Origin: an uncultured Methanosarcinales archaeon
GTDB lineage: Archaea > Nanobdellota > Nanobdellia > Woesearchaeales > CAYSVS01
Direction of reading: 5' to 3'
Length of the DNA stretch: 64,000 bases
Assembly (NCBI GenBank): GCA_964589485.1
Contig: CAZPRK010000001.1
Coordinates: 48,369-112,368 of the forward strand
The notes beneath the pieces are model-generated. The model ran no database searches, was not told the origin of the DNA, and saw only the letters and a list, made by a program, of their open reading frames with translations. The stretch's first letter is position 1; every line of letters begins with the position of its first letter. This document shows positions 44,518 to 54,184 of this stretch, in pieces. Both the position numbers and the translations under genes were made by a program.

Positions 44518-45895
44518 ATTTGATAACATAAGCCCTATAGATTTTAGATATTATGGAAATAATAAAATATTATATGATAAATCTAACTTATATCTTTCAG
44601 AAAAAGCATTTATTAATTATTTTATTAAAGTAGAATTAGCTTTAGTAAGGGTTCTTTATAGAAGAAATTTAATTAGTCTAAATATTTTAGAGGAAATAGA
44701 AAAAGCTTGTCATGAAGTTACTTCAAATGAAGTATACGAAGAAGAATTAAGAATAAAACATAATGTAAGAGCTTTAGTAAATTGTATAAGGAGTAAAGTT
44801 TCAGATGAAGCTAAACCTTTTATTCATTTAACAGCTACTTCTCATGATATAATCTGTACAGCTGAAGCATTAAGGCTAAAAGAATTTACTTTTGACATAA
44901 TTTTACCTGAATTATTAAATTTTCATAAAATTCTTTCAGATTTAGCCATACGTGAAAAACATACTTTACAAACAGGAAGAACTCATGGACAACATGCTGT
45001 TCCAATTACTTTTGGGTTTACTATTTCAGAATATGTTGCAAGGTTAGGTGAACAAATTTTAAAAATTAAAGAAAACGCATATGATCTAAGAGGAAAATTA
45101 TCTGGTGCAGTTGGAGCATATAATGCATCTACTTTATTATTTGAAGATTCAATTGAATTTGAGAAAGAAGTTTTATTAGAATTAAAATTAAAACCATCAA
45201 CTCACTCAACTCAAATTCTACCCCCTGAATTTATTTTAAATTTAACACATTCAATTGTCACATGTTATGGAGTGTTGGCAAATTTAAGTGATGATATGAG
45301 ACATTTACAAAGAAGTGAAATTTTGGAAATTGCAGAAGAGTTTGATAAAAATCAAGTCGGAAGTTCTACTATGCCTCATAAAAGAAATCCAATTAATTTT
45401 GAAAATGTAAAAAGTATGTGGAAAGTTATAATGCCTAGAATGATTACAATGTATTCAGATCAAATCTCCGAACATCAGCGAGATTTAACTAACTCAGCTT
45501 CTTCTAGATTTATTCCTGAAATATATGTTTGTTTTTTAGAATCAGTATTAAGGTTAAGTAAACAAATGTTAAAATTAATTGTAGATAAAAAAAACATTCA
45601 AAAAAATTTTGATCTTAATAAAAATATGATTATTGCAGAACCTTTGTATATTTTATTAGCATATTATAAACATCCTAATGCTCATGAAGTTATAAGAAAA
45701 TTGACTTTACAAAGTCAAACTGAAGATATTTCATTATCTGAATTAGTATTTAAAAGTGAAGAATTGAAATTTTATTTAGATAAGATGACAGATACTCAAA
45801 AGGAAATAATATCTTTCCCTGAAAAATATATTGGCAAATCAATTAAAAAAGTTGATTTAGTAGTTGATTATTGGAGGGAAAAATTAAATGAGTAA
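44510..45895 (+). CDS. purB: Adenylosuccinate lyase
   Basis: ISPIDFRY, GRTHGQHA and GSSTMPHKRNP motifs. Confidence 0.96.
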   Translation: MDKFDNISPIDFRYYGNNKILYDKSNLYLSEKAFINYFIKVELALVRVLYRRNLISLNILEEIEKACHEVTSNEVYEEELRIKHNVRALVNCIRSKVSDEAKPFIHLTATSHDIICTAEALRLKEFTFDIILPELLNFHKILSDLAIREKHTLQTGRTHGQHAVPITFGFTISEYVARLGEQILKIKENAYDLRGKLSGAVGAYNASTLLFEDSIEFEKEVLLELKLKPSTHSTQILPPEFILNLTHSIVTCYGVLANLSDDMRHLQRSEILEIAEEFDKNQVGSSTMPHKRNPINFENVKSMWKVIMPRMITMYSDQISEHQRDLTNSASSRFIPEIYVCFLESVLRLSKQMLKLIVDKKNIQKNFDLNKNMIIAEPLYILLAYYKHPNAHEVIRKLTLQSQTEDISLSELVFKSEELKFYLDKMTDTQKEIISFPEKYIGKSIKKVDLVVDYWREKLNE

Positions 45896-47165
45896 TGCTA
45901 TAGTTTTAGGAAGTCAATTTGGAGATGAAGGAAAAGGAAAAATTGTAGATTATTTAGCAGACAAATTTAATTATATTATACGTTTTCAAGGTGGAAATAA
46001 TGCAGGTCATACTGTTGTTGTGGGTAATAAAACATATAAATTTCATTTAATTCCATCAGGAGTAATAAAAGGTATTCCTTCCATTTTGGGAAATGGTGTT
46101 GTTATTGATGTTGATGTTTTATTACAAGAAATGTCTCAATTAGAAAATATTAATTCTGAAAACTTTCTTATAAGTGAAAAAGCTCATGTGATTTTATTTT
46201 ATCATAAACTATTAGATTCATTACAAGAAATGATTAGAGAAAATAAAATAGGAACAACAGGAAGAGGAATAGGTCCATGTTATACTGATAAAATATCTCG
46301 ATCTGGAGTTCGTATAATGGATTTAGAAAATATAGATTTAACTTCTAAAGTTCAAGAAATATTAAAACATTCAATTTCCATTGTTGGGGAAGAAAAAGTT
46401 AAAGAATATATAAAATCAACTGATTTTTATTCTGAAGAAAATATTATAGATATAGATAAAGTTAATTTACATTATAATGAATTGTTTACTAAGATAAAAC
46501 CATTTGTAAAAGATATAACTTTATTTTTATCAAAATCAGAAAACATACTTTTTGAAGGAGCTCAAGGTACAATGTTAGATGTAGACCATGGAACATATCC
46601 TTTTGTTACTAGTAGTAGTCCAAGTATAGGTGGAGCATTTACTGGAACTGGTGTTTACAAAAATATTTCTCAAAGAATAGGAATAGTTAAAGCATATTTA
46701 ACAAGAGTTGGTGCAGGTGTAATGCCTACTGAATTAAATGATGATATTGGAAAACAAATTCAAACTAAAGGTCATGAATTTGGTACAACAACCGGAAGAA
46801 CAAGAAGATGTGGATGGCTTGACTTGATTCAATTAAAATACTCTTGTATAATTAATGGGTTTACTGAGTTTGTTTTAACAAAACTAGATGTATTGGATAC
46901 TTTGGATGTAATTAAAATTTGTGTGGGGTATGAGTATAACGGGGAAGTATTACAAAATTATCCAACAGATGTTAAAATTTTAGAAAAATGTACTCCTGTT
47001 TTTATTGAATTAAAAGGTTGGAATCAAGATATAACCAATATTAAAAATTATTCAGATTTACCAAAGAATGCTAAATTATATATCTCTAAAATTGAAGAAT
47101 TAAGTAATGTTCGGGTTAGTATAGTTTCAGTTGGTCCTGAAAGAGAACAAAGTATCATGAAGTAA
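45888..47165 (+). CDS. purA: Adenylosuccinate synthetase
   Basis: QFGDEGKGK, GGNNAGHT, EGAQG and EFGTTTGRTRRCGWLD motifs. Confidence 0.97.
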   Translation: MSNAIVLGSQFGDEGKGKIVDYLADKFNYIIRFQGGNNAGHTVVVGNKTYKFHLIPSGVIKGIPSILGNGVVIDVDVLLQEMSQLENINSENFLISEKAHVILFYHKLLDSLQEMIRENKIGTTGRGIGPCYTDKISRSGVRIMDLENIDLTSKVQEILKHSISIVGEEKVKEYIKSTDFYSEENIIDIDKVNLHYNELFTKIKPFVKDITLFLSKSENILFEGAQGTMLDVDHGTYPFVTSSSPSIGGAFTGTGVYKNISQRIGIVKAYLTRVGAGVMPTELNDDIGKQIQTKGHEFGTTTGRTRRCGWLDLIQLKYSCIINGFTEFVLTKLDVLDTLDVIKICVGYEYNGEVLQNYPTDVKILEKCTPVFIELKGWNQDITNIKNYSDLPKNAKLYISKIEELSNVRVSIVSVGPEREQSIMK

Positions 47166-48255
47166 TTTTATCCAATGTATTTTTCTCAATAGCTTCTTTA
47201 ATATCCGTAGCTATTCTTTCACCATAACTAATACTTTCTCCATATAAATACCCAGAATAAGGTGTAAACATTGTCCCAGGAGATCCAGGTATTCTCATAC
47301 TTACGTCAAAAATTACAATAACTTCTTTTCCATCTTCAGTAGAAACTGCTCCTTGTAGAGCAAATGGACCAATTATTCCAGGTGAACATTCTTCTTGAGT
47401 TGTTTTAACAAATTTTTCACCAATTTCGAAAGCTTTTTCCAAGATACTTTCTTTTATTGTAACTCCGTAATGTCCGCTTTCTATTATTTTAGGTTTTACA
47501 TATTCTAAAACCTTTAACTGTTCATCTGCTGGCAAACGTAACAATCCATCTAAATTAGTTTGTCTTCTTGTATCAGTCCCCATTAATTCTAATTCATTTG
47601 AATAAAAATAATTAAAATTTACATGCGCGCCTAAAATATACTCTTCTATTATGGCTTTATTTAAAGCTTCTTTGGTTATGGTTCCTTCATTTATCATTTT
47701 TTGACTTTTATCTAAATAATCCTCATAAGATATAGCAAAAAAGAAAGCTCTTTCATACCCTCTTGCAGCTTCATTTACTTTAACAATAACTAATTTATTT
47801 ATTTCTTTTGGCGAAATAAATATTTTAGGAAATCTTATTCCTGCTTTTTCTAATAAATAGTATTGATTTTTTTCAACATCTCTTTCTTCTAATTTTAACA
47901 TTTCTCTACTCCCGTATATTGGTACTTTAAAGTCATTTTCAATTTCATTAAAATTACAATAAACCCAAAAATATCTATTATGGATAAAAATAGTATTCCT
48001 GGATATTAATTCATCTTGAATGTTAATTATATCTTTAAAATTATCAACTAAAATAACTTCATCTATTATTCCTTTTCCATCTCTAGTTTTATAATATTGA
48101 GAATAAGTTTTATCTCTTCCTTTTTGACATATAGCTAATGTCTTAAATCCTAACTTTTTAGCTCCATGGCATACATCTAATGCACTATGCCCTCCTAATA
48201 CGCCTATTGTAACATTATTTTTATCATATTTAGATAAAATTTCAGAAACATCCAT
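47155..48255 (-). CDS. PurP-family ATP-grasp protein (FAICAR synthetase paralog)
   Basis: GGHSALD, ERAFF, IIGPFALQ and DVSMRIPGSPG motifs. Confidence 0.88.
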   Translation of the reverse strand: MDVSEILSKYDKNNVTIGVLGGHSALDVCHGAKKLGFKTLAICQKGRDKTYSQYYKTRDGKGIIDEVILVDNFKDIINIQDELISRNTIFIHNRYFWVYCNFNEIENDFKVPIYGSREMLKLEERDVEKNQYYLLEKAGIRFPKIFISPKEINKLVIVKVNEAARGYERAFFFAISYEDYLDKSQKMINEGTITKEALNKAIIEEYILGAHVNFNYFYSNELELMGTDTRRQTNLDGLLRLPADEQLKVLEYVKPKIIESGHYGVTIKESILEKAFEIGEKFVKTTQEECSPGIIGPFALQGAVSTEDGKEVIVIFDVSMRIPGSPGTMFTPYSGYLYGESISYGERIATDIKEAIEKNTLDKITS

Positions 48256-49278
48256 TTAATGTAACACCTTATTTAATTCGTTTTTTTCAATTGCTTGTTT
48301 AATATCTAACGCTATCCTTCTTCCTGTACTCATCGGAACATCATATTTTAAATCAGTATATGGAGATCCATTAATGTAAGGATTTGTTCCTGCCACAATT
48401 CTTGCACTTATTTCAAAGACAAAAAACTCTTGTTCAGGGGTTAATATAGCTTCTAAGCAAAAAGGTCCAAACAATCCTGGAGAACAAATTTCTTGAGATA
48501 CTTTAACTACTTTTTCTCCCATTTCAATAACTATTGGAAGTAAACTTTCCCGTAAAACTAATGGAATGTTTCCTACAATGACATAAGATGGATCTACTTT
48601 TTTTAATGCTATTTGATCTCTTGCTGATATTCTTCCTAGGCTATCAACATTACTTTCATACCTTTTATCAAAACTCATAATTTCAAGTTCATTAGTTAAT
48701 GGAGAATAAAAAAAATGTACATATATAGGAACTCCAATTATATATTCTTGTATAACTAACTTTTTTTTTTCTTTTTCACTATAAGTTTTAGTTTTTGCAA
48801 CAAAGTCATTATATGAATTTGCAATAAAATATCCTTCTCCCCCTTTTGCTCCATGATGTTTAACAATAACTGGACAATCTATTTTTTCAGGTGAATCAAA
48901 AATTCTAGGTAATTTAAGTCCGGCTTTACTTAACCATTCCCTTTCTTTATTTCTATCACTTTCCCATTTTAAAATTTTTTTATTTCCATAATACATTCCT
49001 TGTAAATTTTCACACCTTTCATGACCTAAGTAAGCAACAAAACTACCATGCGGAATCATTATAACATTTTTTTCTAATAATTCTTTATCTATTTTTTCAT
49101 AATCATCAAAATTATCAACTTCAATAATTTCATCTGCAACGTTAAACATTTTATAAACTTTAGATTTATTTTTTTGACAAATTACAACAGTTTTAAAACC
49201 TTCATCTTTAGCTCCTTTTAGAATTTGTAAAGCACTGTGACTTCCAATTGTTCCAATAGTATAATCTTGAAAACCCAT
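48256..49278 (-). CDS. purP: Formate-dependent FAICAR synthetase PurP
   Basis: GSHSALQIL.GAKDEGF, PHGSFVAY, RYESNVD and FEISARIVAGTN motifs. Confidence 0.93.
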   Translation of the reverse strand: MGFQDYTIGTIGSHSALQILKGAKDEGFKTVVICQKNKSKVYKMFNVADEIIEVDNFDDYEKIDKELLEKNVIMIPHGSFVAYLGHERCENLQGMYYGNKKILKWESDRNKEREWLSKAGLKLPRIFDSPEKIDCPVIVKHHGAKGGEGYFIANSYNDFVAKTKTYSEKEKKKLVIQEYIIGVPIYVHFFYSPLTNELEIMSFDKRYESNVDSLGRISARDQIALKKVDPSYVIVGNIPLVLRESLLPIVIEMGEKVVKVSQEICSPGLFGPFCLEAILTPEQEFFVFEISARIVAGTNPYINGSPYTDLKYDVPMSTGRRIALDIKQAIEKNELNKVLH

Positions 49279-49375
49279 AATTAAAGAAATAGTTGACTTT
49301 ATTTAAACTTTTCTCATGTAAAATAAACAAAAGGATATATAGGACGTTTATAATATATGAATAAAAAAGTAGTAT

Positions 49376-51214
49376 TTGAGTCTAGAAATCCTTATAAACG
49401 CATTGTTAAGTTTTTATTTCATGTCTGTTGCTATAATGGATTTTGGTGCTCAATATGCAAAAGTTATTGATAGGAGAGTTAGAGAATTAAATATATATTC
49501 TGAAATAATTGATCCAAAATCATCATTAGATAAGTTAAAAGAATATGATGCAATTATTTTATCTGGTGGACCTAATAGTGTATATAAAAACAAAATTAAA
49601 TATAATAAAAATTTATTTAAATTAAAAAAACCAATTTTAGGAATATGTTATGGGATGCAGTTAATTAATTTTCATTTTAAAGGAAAAGTTAATTCTTCAA
49701 ATGTTAAAGAATATGGAGAAACTATTATTTCAACTCAACCTTGTAAATTATTTAAAAATTTAGATGAAAATCAAGAAGTCTTAATGAGTCATGGTGATAG
49801 TATAAGTAAGTTAGGAACTGGGTTTGAAGCAATTGCAAAATCAAATGACATTATAGCTGGAATTGCTAATGAAAAAAATAAAATATATGGTTTACAATTC
49901 CATCCTGAAGTAGATCTAACAAAAAATGGAAAAAAAATGTTAGAAAACTTTTTATTTGAAATTTCAGATTTAAAATCAAATTATACTTTAACAAATAGAA
50001 TTTCTTCTACATTAAATGAAATAAAAACTATTGTTAAAGATAATAAAATTTTAGTTTTAGTTTCAGGGGGAGTTGATTCTGCTGTAACTGCGGCCTTATT
50101 AATTAGAGCTTTAAATGAAGATCAAGTTTATGCTTTACACATTGATCATGGTTTTATGAGAAAAAATGAAAGTAAATCTGTATGTGTGGCTTTAAAAGAT
50201 ATAGGGTTAAAAAATTTGGTACATGTTAATGCTAAAGATAAATTTTTTGATGAATTACACAAAGTAACTGATCCTGAAAAAAAGAGACAAAAAATAGGAG
50301 ACTTATTTATGAAAATTGTAGATGAAGAAGTTGAAAAATTAAACTTACCTATTAATACATTTATTGCTCAAGGTACATTGAGACCTGATTTGATAGAGAG
50401 TGCAAGTTCTTTGGTAACGACTAAAGCTAATAAAATTAAAACTCATCACAATGATTCCAAATTAGTTAGAGAAAAACGAAAGTTAGGGTTAGTTTTAGAA
50501 ACAAATAAAGATTTACATAAAGATGAAGTAAGAAAAGTTGGTCAATTATTAGGCTTACCTGAATATATTGTTAACAGGCACCCTTTTCCAGGTCCAGGTT
50601 TGGCGATAAGAATTATATGTGCGGATAAACCATATGATAAAAACTATGATAAAATATCTAAACAAATAGAAAATATTGTTAAACCATATAACTTAAAATC
50701 AAAATTAATTCCTGTAAGATCGGTTGGTGTTCAGGGAGACCATAGAAGTTATAGTTATGTTGTAGGAATAATAGGAAAAGGCCATTACCCTAATTTAAGG
50801 GAATTAGCATTAAAAATTCCCAAAAAAGTTCATGAAGTTAACAGGGTAATATATTTTTTCGAAGAAAATTCATTAGATTTTAAATTTCATAAAACAGAAT
50901 TAAATAATGAAAATGTAAATCAATTACAAGAAGCTGATTTTATTGTTAGGCAAAAATTTAAAAAACATAACCTTATGCATAAAATTAGTCAAGCAGTAAT
51001 TGTATCTTTACCAATTGGTATTTCAGGAAAAACCATTGTTATTAGACCATTCGTTACTAATGATTTTATGACTGGTAGACCGGCTAACTGGGGGGAAGAG
51101 GTTACAATTAAGTGTTTAAAAGAAATAGTAAAAGAATTAAAAAATTTAAAAGGAATATCTAATGTGGCATATGATTTAACAAGTAAACCGCCAGGAACTA
51201 CGGAGTGGGAATAA
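49376..51214 (+). CDS. guaA: GMP synthase (single chain, glutamine-hydrolysing); probable start at ATG 49421
   Basis: DFGAQY, GICYGMQ, QFHPEV, SGGVDS, HPFPGPGLA and KPPGTTEWE motifs. Confidence 0.97.
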   Translation: MSLEILINALLSFYFMSVAIMDFGAQYAKVIDRRVRELNIYSEIIDPKSSLDKLKEYDAIILSGGPNSVYKNKIKYNKNLFKLKKPILGICYGMQLINFHFKGKVNSSNVKEYGETIISTQPCKLFKNLDENQEVLMSHGDSISKLGTGFEAIAKSNDIIAGIANEKNKIYGLQFHPEVDLTKNGKKMLENFLFEISDLKSNYTLTNRISSTLNEIKTIVKDNKILVLVSGGVDSAVTAALLIRALNEDQVYALHIDHGFMRKNESKSVCVALKDIGLKNLVHVNAKDKFFDELHKVTDPEKKRQKIGDLFMKIVDEEVEKLNLPINTFIAQGTLRPDLIESASSLVTTKANKIKTHHNDSKLVREKRKLGLVLETNKDLHKDEVRKVGQLLGLPEYIVNRHPFPGPGLAIRIICADKPYDKNYDKISKQIENIVKPYNLKSKLIPVRSVGVQGDHRSYSYVVGIIGKGHYPNLRELALKIPKKVHEVNRVIYFFEENSLDFKFHKTELNNENVNQLQEADFIVRQKFKKHNLMHKISQAVIVSLPIGISGKTIVIRPFVTNDFMTGRPANWGEEVTIKCLKEIVKELKNLKGISNVAYDLTSKPPGTTEWE

Positions 51215-52782
51215 TGAAAGTTTTAATAAGCGTATTTGATAAAAAAAATGTTGTTTCTTTTGCTAGAAGTTTGATTAATTTGAATTATGAAATATTATCT
51301 ACAGGTGGAACAGCTACTTTACTTAGAGAAAATGGAATTCAAGTAACTGAAGTTTCTGATGTAACTGAACATCCTGAAATTTTAAATGGAAGAGTAAAAA
51401 CAATGCATCCTAAAATTCTAGGAGGTATTTTAGCTTTAAATAATGATATTCATTTAAAAGACTTGAATGATAATAATATTTCACGTATAAATTTAGTTGT
51501 AGTTAATTTATATCCATTTGAAGAAACTATTTCAAAAGAAGGAATAAATTTAAGTGAAGTTTTAGAAAACATTGATATTGGTGGCCCAAGTTTATTAAGA
51601 AGTGCAGCTAAAAATTTTCATAACTGTCTTCCAGTTTGTAGTCCTGATGATTACGATTTAGTAATATCAAACCTGAAAAATGAAAATTTAACAACAGAGT
51701 TTAAAGAATATTTAGCTGTAAAAGCTTTTGAAAAAACAGCTGATTATGATGCAAAAATTCATAGTTATTTAAGTGAAAAATTATTATCTAAAAAAATATT
51801 AAGTTTAAAATATGGAGAAGGTAAAAATCTAAGATATGGTGAAAATTCACATCAAAATGCAGCATTTTTTAAAACTAAATCAAAAGAACCAAGTGTTTCC
51901 AATGCAAAAAAATTAAACGGAAAAGAATTATCTTACAATAATATAATTGATATAAATTCTGCATTAGAAGTTATAAAAGAACTAAATACAAAAAATACTG
52001 TATCTGTTGTAAAACATAATAATCCTTGTGGTTTAGCTACAGGTGAAACTTTAAAAGAAGCATTAGAAGCAGCTTGGAGCGGAGATACAGTTTCAGCTTT
52101 CGGAAGTATAATTGCTATGTCATCAGAAGTTGATATAGAGACTGCAAAGTTTTTTGAAGGAAAGTTTGTTGAAGTTATTATAGCTCCTTCTTATGCTTTA
52201 GATGCTTTAGAATATTTAAAACAAAAAAGTAAAAATTTAAGACTTTTAGAAACAGGTGAATTAACAAGTAGTAAAAGTAAAAAAAGTTATAAATCTGTAA
52301 CTGGTGGAATATTAGAACAGGATTCGAATGTATTAAATTATGAAACATGGAACTGCGTTACAAATGAACCTTTTCCAAATAATAAAAATGAATTAGCAAA
52401 ATTTACTAACATTGCTGCAAAAAATACTAAATCTAATGCTGTTGTTTTAGGTTATGAATACAAACCTGGTTTTTATAAAGTATTAGGTATGGGTGCAGGT
52501 CAACCTAATAGAGTAGATGCATTACGAAAATTATCTATTCCTAAAGCTATAGAAAATTTAAAATCAAAAGATGAAACTTATATTAAATCACAATTAAATG
52601 AATGCGTATTAGCTTCAGATGCTTTTTTCCCTTTTGATGATACTGTTAGGGAAGCTTTTACTTACGGAATAAAATACATTGTCCAACCAGGTGGAAGTAT
52701 ACGAGATGAAGAAGTTATTAATGCTTGTAATGAATTAAAACAAGCAATGGTTTTTACTAACACTAGGCATTTTTTACATTAA
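51205..52782 (+). CDS. purH: Bifunctional AICAR transformylase/IMP cyclohydrolase; probable start at ATG 51214
   Basis: STGGT, GRVKTMHP, IDIGGP, LRYGENSHQ, KHNNPCG and SDAFFPF motifs. Confidence 0.97.
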   Translation: MGIMKVLISVFDKKNVVSFARSLINLNYEILSTGGTATLLRENGIQVTEVSDVTEHPEILNGRVKTMHPKILGGILALNNDIHLKDLNDNNISRINLVVVNLYPFEETISKEGINLSEVLENIDIGGPSLLRSAAKNFHNCLPVCSPDDYDLVISNLKNENLTTEFKEYLAVKAFEKTADYDAKIHSYLSEKLLSKKILSLKYGEGKNLRYGENSHQNAAFFKTKSKEPSVSNAKKLNGKELSYNNIIDINSALEVIKELNTKNTVSVVKHNNPCGLATGETLKEALEAAWSGDTVSAFGSIIAMSSEVDIETAKFFEGKFVEVIIAPSYALDALEYLKQKSKNLRLLETGELTSSKSKKSYKSVTGGILEQDSNVLNYETWNCVTNEPFPNNKNELAKFTNIAAKNTKSNAVVLGYEYKPGFYKVLGMGAGQPNRVDALRKLSIPKAIENLKSKDETYIKSQLNECVLASDAFFPFDDTVREAFTYGIKYIVQPGGSIRDEEVINACNELKQAMVFTNTRHFLH

Positions 52783-54170
52783 TCTTTTCTGGAAAGAACT
52801 CTACTCATTGCCATTTCATTTTTTTGTTTATCTGATATAGATAATGGATATTTTCCATTCAAACACGCCATACATAAATCTATTTTTTTTGTAGCCTCAA
52901 TAATATTTTCAATTTTTTGATAAGTTAAAGAATCAGCATCAATATAATTTCTAATTTCTTCAATTTCTTGATTATTTGCAATTAATTCTTCTTTTGTCGG
53001 CATATCTATTCCATAATGGCATGGATATTTTATTGGTGGACATGTTGAAATAAAATGTACTTCTTTTGCTCCAGCGTTTCTTAACAATTTAATGATTTTT
53101 TTAGATGTAGTTCCTCTAACAATACTATCGTCAATTACAGCAACTCTTTTTCCATTAACTACAGCCTTAATTGGATTTAATTTAACTCTTACTGCATTTT
53201 CTCTTTTTTTTTGAGTTGGCATAATAAAAGTTCTACCTAAATATCTATTCTTAACCAGCCCTTCTCTATATTTTATACCCAAAACTTCTGCAAATTTTAT
53301 GGCGGCAGCTCTTGCAGTATCTGGAACAGGAATTACTACATCTATTTCTTTTTTCCAATCTCTTGCTAACAGTTCTCCTAGTTTTAATCTAGCATTATAT
53401 ACAGATCTATCATCGATGAATGATTCTGGTCTAGCAAAATAAACCCATTCAAACATACAATGTGCTCTTTTTGTTTGTTTAATTATTTTAGATGTAATGT
53501 TTAAATTTTTATCAATAACAACTGCTTCACCTGGTTGAACATCTTTTATTCGTTTAAATCCTAATGTTTGAAATACAACACTTTCAGATGCAACACAAAT
53601 TTCACCTTCTTTTTCCCCAATTACTAATGGCCTAAACCCGTTTGGGTCACGGAAAGCTATAATACTTTTATTACCAACTGCTGCAACAACGCTATAACTT
53701 CCTTCAATTCTCCCCATTAAAGTCTCAATAGCCTCAAAATAACTTTGTTTAGTTTCAATTTCATAAGCAAGAATTTTATTTATTATTTCAGCATCTGAAG
53801 ATGAATCAAGAAAAATTCCTTTTTTTAATAATAATTGTTTAATTTCTTCATAATTTGTTAAATTTCCATTATGCGCTGTAGCAATTTTATGGGACGCATT
53901 TGCAAGAAAAGGTTGAGTTTCATTATCTGAATCAGTTCCTGCTGTTGGATATCTTGTATGTCCAATTCCTAAATTTCCTTGAACATTTTCAACAACGTTG
54001 CTTTCAAAAATATCATTTATAAGCCCTTTACTTTTTTTAATAAAGTGAGAATTTTCGTTAAATACTGCAACACCTGCAGCATCTTGTCCTCTATGTTGTA
54101 GCGCTGTCATTCCAAAAATCAAATTATGAATTACTGGTTTATCACCTATAAGCCCAATCACACCACACAT
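52779..54170 (-). CDS. purF: Amidophosphoribosyltransferase
   Basis: N-terminal MCG, plus QHRGQD, GHTRY and DDSIVRGTT. Confidence 0.97.
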   Translation of the reverse strand: MCGVIGLIGDKPVIHNLIFGMTALQHRGQDAAGVAVFNENSHFIKKSKGLINDIFESNVVENVQGNLGIGHTRYPTAGTDSDNETQPFLANASHKIATAHNGNLTNYEEIKQLLLKKGIFLDSSSDAEIINKILAYEIETKQSYFEAIETLMGRIEGSYSVVAAVGNKSIIAFRDPNGFRPLVIGEKEGEICVASESVVFQTLGFKRIKDVQPGEAVVIDKNLNITSKIIKQTKRAHCMFEWVYFARPESFIDDRSVYNARLKLGELLARDWKKEIDVVIPVPDTARAAAIKFAEVLGIKYREGLVKNRYLGRTFIMPTQKKRENAVRVKLNPIKAVVNGKRVAVIDDSIVRGTTSKKIIKLLRNAGAKEVHFISTCPPIKYPCHYGIDMPTKEELIANNQEIEEIRNYIDADSLTYQKIENIIEATKKIDLCMACLNGKYPLSISDKQKNEMAMSRVLSRKD

Positions 54171-54184
54171 TATAATTTCCTCTA

